Source: Parcubacteria group bacterium Greene0416_36
GTDB lineage: Bacteria; Patescibacteriota; Patescibacteriia; VMEV01
DNA length: 64,000 nt
Reading direction: 5' to 3'
Assembly: GCA_007375725.1 (NCBI GenBank)
Contig: VMEV01000004.1
Location: 5,021-69,020, forward strand
Shown piece by piece: positions 47,098 through 54,779 of this stretch; the first letter of the stretch is position 1; each line of letters opens with the position of its first letter. Below the pieces are notes generated by a model. That model was not told where the DNA came from and did not search any database. It saw only the letters and a list, made by a program, of their open reading frames with translations. The position numbers were made by a program, and so were the translations under genes.

Positions 47098-47466
47098 TTA
47101 CTTGGCACCGATGCTGGCAAGCACATAACTGAGAATCGCGTAACTGCCAAACGCCACGATAATCCCGATCACGGCCCATACCAAGGTATCTATCCCCTTC
47201 TTCACCTTCTCCGAATTACCCCCCGAAGTCAAAAAATAAAACCCTCCGATGATAAAAAACACGAGCGACAATATACCCACAAGCCCCAGCATAGCCTGCA
47301 CTACTTGACCAACCAATTGGGGAACAGATGTTATACCCTCGAGAGGATTTGGCAATTGATTTTTTGGATCTGGTTTAGCTGTCATCAAAAGAGGCAATGA
47401 CCAGACAATCAAAGATGAATATAATATTCTAAAAAACGATTTCATATTTATAAATATCTTAATCAT
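47098..47466 (-). CDS. TrbC/VirB2-like pilin
   Basis: LPNPL, GGFYFLTSGGNSEKVKKG..TLVWAVIG; TAATG overlap with the upstream gene. Confidence 0.87.
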   Translation of the reverse strand: MIKIFINMKSFFRILYSSLIVWSLPLLMTAKPDPKNQLPNPLEGITSVPQLVGQVVQAMLGLVGILSLVFFIIGGFYFLTSGGNSEKVKKGIDTLVWAVIGIIVAFGSYAILSYVLASIGAK

Positions 47467-48029
47467 TATTTAGTGAAATCCCCTGCCTTGCCTTCCTGAA
47501 TCGTACCATCCGTAGGGTGTTTATAAGGTTCGACGATAGGACACTTGCACTTATCAAAAATAGGCTTAAAATTCCAGACCCCGTTTTCCCAAACACCTTC
47601 AAATTTAAGAGCTTCTGTCTTTTCCTCACTAACGGACCCCAAAAGCAAACTCGCAAATACAAATCCTACTATCTGATAGGCGGCTAACATGATGAATAAA
47701 CCAATAAAAGCTGATTTTATGATCTCTTTTCCTTTTTCTACTTGGCTTGAATTTCCAGCGGAAGTCACCCAGAAAAATGCCCCCACCACAATCATGAAAA
47801 CAACAATTCCTCCAACCAAAGTCCAGAGAACATTAGCAAGGCTAATGCCCACTTTAAAAAAATCACAAAAACCATATTCAGTATTTGGCACTGATCTACC
47901 ACCAACATAACTGGGACATGACGGAGTGGGAATAATCTGAGCTTTGACAGGCATAGGAGCCACACATAATCCCACAGAGATCAAAATCGAAAATACCGTA
48001 AATATAATTTGTATCAATTTTTTACGCAT
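47466..48029 (-). CDS. TrbC/VirB2-like pilin with Cys pairs and C-terminal extension
   Basis: GAFFWVTSAGNSSQVEKGKEIIKSAFIG; PSC...FCD and KCKC. Confidence 0.82.
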   Translation of the reverse strand: MRKKLIQIIFTVFSILISVGLCVAPMPVKAQIIPTPSCPSYVGGRSVPNTEYGFCDFFKVGISLANVLWTLVGGIVVFMIVVGAFFWVTSAGNSSQVEKGKEIIKSAFIGLFIMLAAYQIVGFVFASLLLGSVSEEKTEALKFEGVWENGVWNFKPIFDKCKCPIVEPYKHPTDGTIQEGKAGDFTK

Positions 48030-48031
48030 AA

Positions 48032-49435
48032 TTATTCGACAATTCTCGATACCGTAGTCTGTTCCACCTTATCCGCGGCATTTCCGATGATATCTTTCAG
48101 TTTATACTCCCCTTTATTCGCTTGGTCAATCATATCACGGAAAATGGATTCCACGGCGAGAGGCTCGTAGCCCTTGTACCAGCTTTTCGCGGTCAGAATT
48201 TGCTCGGCAAAGGGCCCCATTTCGACATCTTCGATCTGAGAGAGAACCAAGGATCGCAGAGCCGTGGGCTTTTTGGCTTTTGCGAGATAGCCTTTGGCGG
48301 CATCCGCGGAACTGATGAATTTGAGGAGATCCCAGGCTTCATTTTGAAAACGCGATTTTTTTGATACCACTTCTACGAAATAATTCGCGAAATTGACTTC
48401 TGGATTGCCGGGAATCTGGGGGACCTTGCCGATAGCGTAGTTGAGCTTCGGCGCGCGCTGTTTGACGACAGGTATATGATAGGAATACCCAAAGAAAAAT
48501 GCCAGCCGGCCGGAGATAAAGGCGTCCAGAGAGTTCGGCATGTCCGGAGTCCAGGTGTACACCTCTTTGACCGGAGAAGAAAAATCGGTATAAAAACGCA
48601 CGGCCTCTTCGCCGGGGGCGATCACGCGCTTCTCGGCCAGTTCCTGAGGCATCTCATGAAATTTGATGTCGCGGTCCAGGGTTTCCATCACCGCGCCGTT
48701 TTGCATCATCAGAAGCGACAAAATATCGCTGGAACGCTCGACATTTGAAGCTGTCCCCAAGGCGGCGCCCGAGAGAATTATACGGCCACTATCATCCACA
48801 CGGACGATTTTTTTGACCGCCTGCTGGAACTCGCTCCAGGTGGCGGGCGGAGTCGGGATACCCGCATTGTTGAGAATATCTTTATTATAAAACATGACCA
48901 GGGTATCGAAGCCCAAGGGCGCGCCAAAAATCTTCTGAGCCCCGGTCGTCCTATCTTCCCATATCACGTCATAGGCGACCTGATCCACAAAATTATTGAG
49001 AATATGAGGAACCGTAATGCCTCGACTGGTCTGGAGTTCAATCACCTGTTCTTTTTTTATCGTGCCTCGCATCACGGGAATGGGGAGCGTGGTAGTCTCC
49101 GGAGCCGTTGCCAGCTTCGGAATATATTCACCCACCCAGGTATTGTGCAGCGTGAACATATCCGGCCCGCGATCCTCAGCAAAAGCATTAAGCAGTTCAT
49201 CCCGATACTCTTCGAAACGAAACTTTTTATATTCCACACTGATATTGGGATGCATTTGCTTATAGGCGGCAAATGCGTCCGTGAGCATATCCTCATCCTC
49301 AAAGACTCTCCAATACTTAAGCGTCACAGGAGTAAAAGCCTGCTTGGCCTCTTCCGACCCACCCTTGCAGCCAATCCCTGTAGTGACGAGGAGTGCAAGT
49401 ATTAAAAATAATGGAAGTAGTCGAGCGAATGGCAT
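48032..49435 (-). CDS. Extracellular solute-binding lipoprotein (sugar ABC SBP family)
   Basis: Lipobox-like GIGC, GPDMF, MFYNKDIL..AGI..PP.TW motifs; no permease or ATPase adjacent. Confidence 0.88.
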   Translation of the reverse strand: MPFARLLPLFLILALLVTTGIGCKGGSEEAKQAFTPVTLKYWRVFEDEDMLTDAFAAYKQMHPNISVEYKKFRFEEYRDELLNAFAEDRGPDMFTLHNTWVGEYIPKLATAPETTTLPIPVMRGTIKKEQVIELQTSRGITVPHILNNFVDQVAYDVIWEDRTTGAQKIFGAPLGFDTLVMFYNKDILNNAGIPTPPATWSEFQQAVKKIVRVDDSGRIILSGAALGTASNVERSSDILSLLMMQNGAVMETLDRDIKFHEMPQELAEKRVIAPGEEAVRFYTDFSSPVKEVYTWTPDMPNSLDAFISGRLAFFFGYSYHIPVVKQRAPKLNYAIGKVPQIPGNPEVNFANYFVEVVSKKSRFQNEAWDLLKFISSADAAKGYLAKAKKPTALRSLVLSQIEDVEMGPFAEQILTAKSWYKGYEPLAVESIFRDMIDQANKGEYKLKDIIGNAADKVEQTTVSRIVE

Positions 49436-49443
49436 AAATAAAG

Positions 49444-49523
49444 CAACAAATCCCCCTTAGTCCCCCTTTGACAAGGGGGAAACAACGCCCTCCCTTGTCA
49501 AAGGGAGGGTTGGGGAGGGATTT
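49444..49523. repeat. CTTTGACAAGG composite palindromic element
   Basis: Copy between galU and the SBP gene. Confidence 0.9.
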
Positions 49524-49528
49524 AGTAG

Positions 49529-50401
49529 TTATAACTTCAACCCCTTCAAATACTCTCGGAGACCCTTCGCCACTTCCGGATGCTTAAGCCCGTAATCCAC
49601 CGTAGCCTTTACATATCCCAACTTATCTCCGCAATCATAACGCACTCCTTCAAATTCACATCCATAGAGAGGCTTGGTTTTGATCCATTCATTGAAAGCT
49701 CCGGCCAGGCGAATCTCGCCGCCGCTATCAGGTTCAATATCCTCCAGCATGGACAATACCCCAGGAGTCAGAATATATTTGCCCACCACAATCAAATTGC
49801 TGGGAGCTTCTTCGACTTTTGGCTTTTCGGCAAACTGTTGAATTTCATGAACCCGGCCCCCTAATTCAACTGACCCCACCACCCCGTAACGAGACACCTC
49901 TTCTTTCGGGACTCGCATAAGGGCCACCACTGGATCTCCATATTTTTCATATACTTCCATCAATTGGCCAATGCATGGAACCTTCGAATCCACCACATCA
50001 TCGCCAAACAAAACAGCCACCGCTTCATTTTTTCCGACCAGATTGCGAGCCATCAAAACCGCGTGCCCGTCTCCCAGAGGCTGAGGCTGGCGCACATACG
50101 CAAACGCAGCCAAAGATGACACATGCCTGACTATTTCCATCAAATCTTTTTTGCCTTTTGCCTCCAGCTTCTGCATGAGTTCATACGAATAATCAAAGTG
50201 ATCCTCAATCGCACGTTTGCCGATGCTGGTGATAAAAATAATTTCCTCAATGCCGGACGCCACAGCTTCCTCCACCAGATACTGGATCACCGGTTTATCA
50301 ACAATCGGAAGCATTTCTTTTGGCTGGGCCTTTGTCGCGGGCAGAAATCGCGTTCCCATCCCCGCCACCGGAATAATCGCTTTTTTAATTTTCATAGTCA
50401 T
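49529..50401 (-). CDS. galU: UTP-glucose-1-phosphate uridylyltransferase
   Basis: KAIIPVAGMGTRFLPATKAQPKEMLP, EKP, YDCGDKLGY motifs. Confidence 0.96.
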   Translation of the reverse strand: MTMKIKKAIIPVAGMGTRFLPATKAQPKEMLPIVDKPVIQYLVEEAVASGIEEIIFITSIGKRAIEDHFDYSYELMQKLEAKGKKDLMEIVRHVSSLAAFAYVRQPQPLGDGHAVLMARNLVGKNEAVAVLFGDDVVDSKVPCIGQLMEVYEKYGDPVVALMRVPKEEVSRYGVVGSVELGGRVHEIQQFAEKPKVEEAPSNLIVVGKYILTPGVLSMLEDIEPDSGGEIRLAGAFNEWIKTKPLYGCEFEGVRYDCGDKLGYVKATVDYGLKHPEVAKGLREYLKGLKL

Positions 50402-50501
50402 AGATATTGTACCCTCCCTATTTGCCTGTTTAAAAAAAATAAAATGACAAGCATTGATAAAATATTAGCATAGAAGCCCCTAAAAATTCAAAGAAAATTC
50501 C

Positions 50502-50543
50502 CAAAAACGTAAGGGCACGGTGCACCGTGCCCTTACGTTTTTG
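50502..50543. repeat. GTAA-type REP with 7-bp inverted flanks; supplies a stop codon
   Basis: caaaaac-GTAAGGGCACGGTGCACCGTGCCCTTAC-gtttttg. Confidence 0.9.
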
Positions 50544-51762
50544 AGGTCATGCCCAATCCATACACCACCCAAAACAAAACCGCCAAATCATTTTTGAAAT
50601 ACGCCACATCGACCATCCCGTGGGCCAATAAAACAAGCATCATGATAAAAACAGGGAGGATAAATGGACTCTTTTCGGCACGAATAGATGGCCAGCAAAA
50701 AACACAAAAAAAGACGACCAGCAAAATAAAAGAAACCATGCCCAAGAGGCCCATCTCAATCCAAAAATTAAAAAATAACTGATGGGGGTAGAGTAAAATT
50801 TCTGTATGCTCGGGGAGTTTGTATTTTTCATAATTACGGGAAAAGCCTCCGAGACCAAAACCCTCAATCGGATGATCGGCAATCATCTTCCAAGAGCCGA
50901 TCCACAATTTATGACGCACATCCGTGGACGGATCCACCGATATCCGCGCTCCCGCAAAAACAAGAAACACAATCAAAGCCGGAATGAATAGAAAATAATT
51001 TTTTGAAAAACGATTTTTTTCACGCATCAAAATAAATGCACCCAGAGAACACATCCCCGCCATCAAGGCCAATGCTCCGCCGTCAGAACCCGATAAAAAA
51101 AGAGCAGCCGAAGTAAACGCAAGCACGGTTATTTTCCAGAAGCGATCCAAAAAAAACGAAGAAAACAAAGGGATGTTCCGGGCAAATAAAACAAGATAGG
51201 CTCCGAGAATCGGGGTGACGACGAGAGACAGAGCATTGGGATAGGGATAGAACGAAGTGATTCGCAGGTCTCCCTGATTCCACGGAGCGGGAATCCAGCT
51301 AAAGGCGTATTGCAAGAGTCCATACAGAGCCAAATAAAAAGACAAAATTCCGAGTGTAATAAACACTCCGCGAATATTTTTTTCGGTTCGAATCGTTTTT
51401 ATAAAAACCCAGAAAAACAAAATAGGCTCTATAAAATAGGCTTTCCATTGACCCAGGGCCGCGCGCAAATCCGGACTCAAAATCACAGCCACAGTTGCGG
51501 AAAGTAAAAATAGCAGGACCGGAAAGGTAAGGGCGTATTGCGATACGCCCTTACCTTTCCGGTCAAGTAGAAATCTTTCCCGAATCAAAAACACACAAAA
51601 TAAAACCAGAATCATCGACTCCAGGAGCGTCATGGGGATATTAAACATCGAGAAACGAATTTGGTATGCGGGCAAAAACAAGAGAATCAAATAAATGCCC
51701 CAGGAAATTTTTCGGGAGGAAAGATAAGCGAATAAAGATAGAAATAGGATGAGAATAAACAT
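50533..51762 (-). CDS. O-antigen ligase family protein
   Basis: RITSFYPYPNAL, S.GG, R..LW, GFGLGGF, YPHQ...W.EMG, HG.VD motifs. Confidence 0.88.
   Translation of the reverse strand: MFILILFLSLFAYLSSRKISWGIYLILLFLPAYQIRFSMFNIPMTLLESMILVLFCVFLIRERFLLDRKGKGVSQYALTFPVLLFLLSATVAVILSPDLRAALGQWKAYFIEPILFFWVFIKTIRTEKNIRGVFITLGILSFYLALYGLLQYAFSWIPAPWNQGDLRITSFYPYPNALSLVVTPILGAYLVLFARNIPLFSSFFLDRFWKITVLAFTSAALFLSGSDGGALALMAGMCSLGAFILMREKNRFSKNYFLFIPALIVFLVFAGARISVDPSTDVRHKLWIGSWKMIADHPIEGFGLGGFSRNYEKYKLPEHTEILLYPHQLFFNFWIEMGLLGMVSFILLVVFFCVFCWPSIRAEKSPFILPVFIMMLVLLAHGMVDVAYFKNDLAVLFWVVYGLGMTSKT
51517..51564. repeat. GTAA-type REP with 10-bp inverted flanks inside CDS
   Basis: gaccggaaag-GTAAGGGCGTATTGCGATACGCCCTTAC-ctttccggtc, translated as DRKGKGVSQYALTFPV. 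Confidence 0.9.
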
Positions 51763-51843
51763 AAATCCCCCTCAATCCCCCTTTGACAAGGGGGAGGTCG
51801 CTACGCCCTCCCTTGTCAAAGGGAGGGTTGGGGAGGGATTTAT
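51761..51843. repeat. CTTTGACAAGG element forming a CDS 3' end
   Basis: Encodes NPSPTLPLTREGVATSPLSKGD and the stop of 51772..53208. Confidence 0.9.
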
Positions 51844-53208
51844 TCGCCACACCCACCCCACTCCAAATAAAACCACCCCCGCCGGCACAAAATATGTCAG
51901 CAAAAATAGAGCCGACATAATCAAATAGGCCCCGAGATACTTTTCCTCCAAAAGCAAAAAAGGCAGAATAATCAAAGCGTACCAAGGTTGGACCCAGGTG
52001 GCCACCAGAAACAAAAAGAAAAAGAAAAATGCGGAGCCGAATAAATACGGATCTATTTTCCCGCGAATCATTCGAACAAAAATAACGATGGAAACGACAA
52101 TCCATAACCCCAAACACAAAACTCTCCATAGGTTAAAAGTCTCTGGAACCAGCCAAAATCCGATCAAAGATCCGGACCCAAAATAAAAAGGATAGTCCAT
52201 ACGACCAGCTTGAATCAAAACACTGGAGAGAAGAGCGGGCCAGTGATCCCAATCCCAGAATGGGGCCCAGGCCACGAGCGTTACAATGATTCCAGCTACC
52301 AGCGCCAAAAGTGTAGGGGCACAGCGCGCTGTGCCCCTACACTTTTGGCCCTCCCGCCACCACAAAAAAAACCAAGCCGGAATAAAAAATACGGCCCAAT
52401 ATTTTATCCAGAAAGCGATAGCCAAGAACACAAAAGAAAAAACAGTAAGGGCGTATTGCGATACGCCCTTACTGTTTTTTCTGGACAAAAAATAAAACGA
52501 AGCCAGGAGAAAAAATAAAAGAGCGGCTTCATTGTGACCACTAGAAATTCCTTCCAGGAGAATCAGAGGATTCCACAGAAACAAAACCAATGAACGGGAG
52601 GCTAATCCCGCTTTCTTTTCCAAAATCCGAAACAAAATCAATCCCGATCCCGCGATAAAAAAAATATTGGCCAGGCGAAATAAAAATAAATTAAGAGGCA
52701 GATCGGTTCCGGCAAGACGAGTAATCATCATCGAGAACGAAGTCCAAACCGGACCATATGGAGTGACTTGATCCCTCCAATTAGCAATCGTAGTCTCCAA
52801 AAAGGGATCGGATCTAAAAAAATTAAAATGATAAAGATATGGATTAAGCTCATATCCATTGCCAATCCGCGCGCTAAAAATATAATTATATAGATCTTGC
52901 GACAGAACCGGAGGAATCAAAATGAGAATAAAAGAAAACAAAAAAAATCCCGCCCAAATTATTTTTAAAAAAGCAGGAGCTTGATTTAAATTAGGATGAG
53001 CATTACCCAGCAGAGATTTCGCGAAAAAAATAAAACTAATACCAGCCAAAATCATCCAAAATAATAAAAGCCAGTAAGCAAGGCCTGATGAAGGAGGCGT
53101 GGTTCCCCCGGAAGTGAAGTTTAATAAGCCAATCAAAAAAAACGCTGAATACAAAACACAAAGATAAAACAGATACGGTTTAACTTTTAACAAAGAGTCA
53201 GTAAACAT
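51772..53208 (-). CDS. GT-C fold glycosyltransferase (MptB/GT87-like)
   Basis: SQDLYNY, NPY, PYGP.W, WNPL, GHNE, IKY, QPWY motifs. Confidence 0.8.
   Translation of the reverse strand: MFTDSLLKVKPYLFYLCVLYSAFFLIGLLNFTSGGTTPPSSGLAYWLLLFWMILAGISFIFFAKSLLGNAHPNLNQAPAFLKIIWAGFFLFSFILILIPPVLSQDLYNYIFSARIGNGYELNPYLYHFNFFRSDPFLETTIANWRDQVTPYGPVWTSFSMMITRLAGTDLPLNLFLFRLANIFFIAGSGLILFRILEKKAGLASRSLVLFLWNPLILLEGISSGHNEAALLFFLLASFYFLSRKNSKGVSQYALTVFSFVFLAIAFWIKYWAVFFIPAWFFLWWREGQKCRGTARCAPTLLALVAGIIVTLVAWAPFWDWDHWPALLSSVLIQAGRMDYPFYFGSGSLIGFWLVPETFNLWRVLCLGLWIVVSIVIFVRMIRGKIDPYLFGSAFFFFFLFLVATWVQPWYALIILPFLLLEEKYLGAYLIMSALFLLTYFVPAGVVLFGVGWVWRINPSPTLPLTREGVATSPLSKGD
52304..52349. repeat. GTAG-type REP with 9-bp inverted flanks inside CDS
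   Basis: gccaaaagt-GTAGGGGCACAGCGCGCTGTGCCCCTAC-acttttggc, translated as QKCRGTARCAPTLL. Confidence 0.9.
52435..52482. repeat. GTAA-type REP with 10-bp inverted flanks inside CDS
   Basis: agaaaaaaca-GTAAGGGCGTATTGCGATACGCCCTTAC-tgttttttct, translated as RKNSKGVSQYALTVFS. Confidence 0.9.
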
Positions 53209-53216
53209 AACTGCTG

Positions 53217-54776
53217 TTATTCCAAAATATAAATACTCGCCTCACTGTCCTGATATCCCACTTTCGCTCTAGGATCTTTGGCCAAATTCTCGTCCAGCAA
53301 TTTTTGATCCGTTCGGTCGACAAAAACGGTGTGGGAGCCGAGCTTACCAACAATATCTCTGGAAATATCAGAAGTCTGTTCACCCGATGAAATCTTTCGC
53401 CAAACTTCATATTTCTCGGAACTGTAGCGATACATGAAGGTCGGATCGAGGCCCGTCATGTAGTAAAAATCTTTGCCTCGGTAATAAAGAATCGGAAAAT
53501 CATCCCAGTCGCTGTTGAAAACAAGCGAACCTTTCGGAATATTCTCGCTGATCCACAACGACGCATGGCTATAGCGGTCCCATCGAAACCCTCCAACCGC
53601 ATCTTTCAAAAAAAGAAATTGATACAAGGCCCAGAGAATGGAAAAACATAAGATATACAAAACAATTTTTTTATTGATGGCGCGGCGGACATCGTTCCAG
53701 GTAAAATTCCAATCGCGAAAAACAAAGGCGCCAAAGAGAACACCAAACGGCACAGCATATTCGATATAGCGGCGCGACTTGAGAGTTAGAATAAAAAACA
53801 GCGCCGAGACTAAAAAGAAAAACAAAGACTCCTTCGACATCTTTTTGATTCCCATCGCCAAAAGAGGCACAAAAACAAAAAGCAAGAAAAAGTAAAAAAT
53901 ATTGCCATTGAATAAAGTGCTAAAAGTATAGGGATACCACTCCGCGCCCACCCCAATAGCCTCGGAATAGTTAAACAAAGCGATTTCAACAGTCTGGATC
54001 CAATAAAAATAGAGATTATCTGGGAAAAATGGGTTAATCACTAGCCCCAAAGACATTCCCAAAAAAATCAAAATTCCCGAACCCAAAACCGAAGAATCCA
54101 TCCAATTTTTTTTATCAGAAACTAGATGGGCCGCTCTCTCTCGAAAAGATCCTGGTTCCTGAATTATTTTATAGATCATACGAGAGACCCAATATAAAAA
54201 CCATACGGCCGGCATGATCAAGAATCCGCCATACAGCCACACATATAAGAATGAAAGAAAAAACAAAGCCCATTTTTTGTCACGGATAAGCAGATAACAA
54301 AAAATAAGCAGGAATAAAATCGACAAGCCAACCGCTTTGACCAAATGAATTCTAAAAACAAAAGCAGGCATTAAAAACAAAAAGAGGGTCCAAATAAGCG
54401 GATAGCGCACATTGAAAAAACGGAGAAATAAATAAAAAAAAGCCGGAAATAAAGCAGCAAAAAATATAGCGGAGAGGCGCGCTCCTTCAAAATCTCCAAA
54501 TAAAAAAATAAAAGGCCAGAGCAGAATATGATAGAGAAAATGATGGTCCGTGAATGCGCCGGCAAGATGGGTGTAGAGGAGTGAGGGAAAAGTATCCGGA
54601 ATTCCGAGGGAGGCCAAATTTCGGGTTATAGCGATGTGATAAAAACTGTCAGGATCCGAAAAAGAACCAAACGGAGCCAGGATCCAAAAAAAAGCAAAAG
54701 ACAATAAGAAAACCAAGAAAGCCACCCCAAAAGGATGGCTGAATACAGTGCGAATAAAAATAAAAATTCTATTCAT
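53217..54776 (-). CDS. Multi-TM membrane protein, probable GT-C glycosyltransferase
   Basis: DPDSFYH, DHHFLYH, GAEW, NSDWDDFP, GLDPTF motifs. Confidence 0.7.
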   Translation of the reverse strand: MNRIFIFIRTVFSHPFGVAFLVFLLSFAFFWILAPFGSFSDPDSFYHIAITRNLASLGIPDTFPSLLYTHLAGAFTDHHFLYHILLWPFIFLFGDFEGARLSAIFFAALFPAFFYLFLRFFNVRYPLIWTLFLFLMPAFVFRIHLVKAVGLSILFLLIFCYLLIRDKKWALFFLSFLYVWLYGGFLIMPAVWFLYWVSRMIYKIIQEPGSFRERAAHLVSDKKNWMDSSVLGSGILIFLGMSLGLVINPFFPDNLYFYWIQTVEIALFNYSEAIGVGAEWYPYTFSTLFNGNIFYFFLLFVFVPLLAMGIKKMSKESLFFFLVSALFFILTLKSRRYIEYAVPFGVLFGAFVFRDWNFTWNDVRRAINKKIVLYILCFSILWALYQFLFLKDAVGGFRWDRYSHASLWISENIPKGSLVFNSDWDDFPILYYRGKDFYYMTGLDPTFMYRYSSEKYEVWRKISSGEQTSDISRDIVGKLGSHTVFVDRTDQKLLDENLAKDPRAKVGYQDSEASIYILE

Positions 54777-54779
54777 ATA

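Noticed and set aside
40498-48029. Pilin array as a DGR, shufflon or integron
   Set aside because: No reverse transcriptase, recombinase or integrase in the window, no near-identical TR/VR pair, all genes co-oriented, and no attC-like site after each gene.
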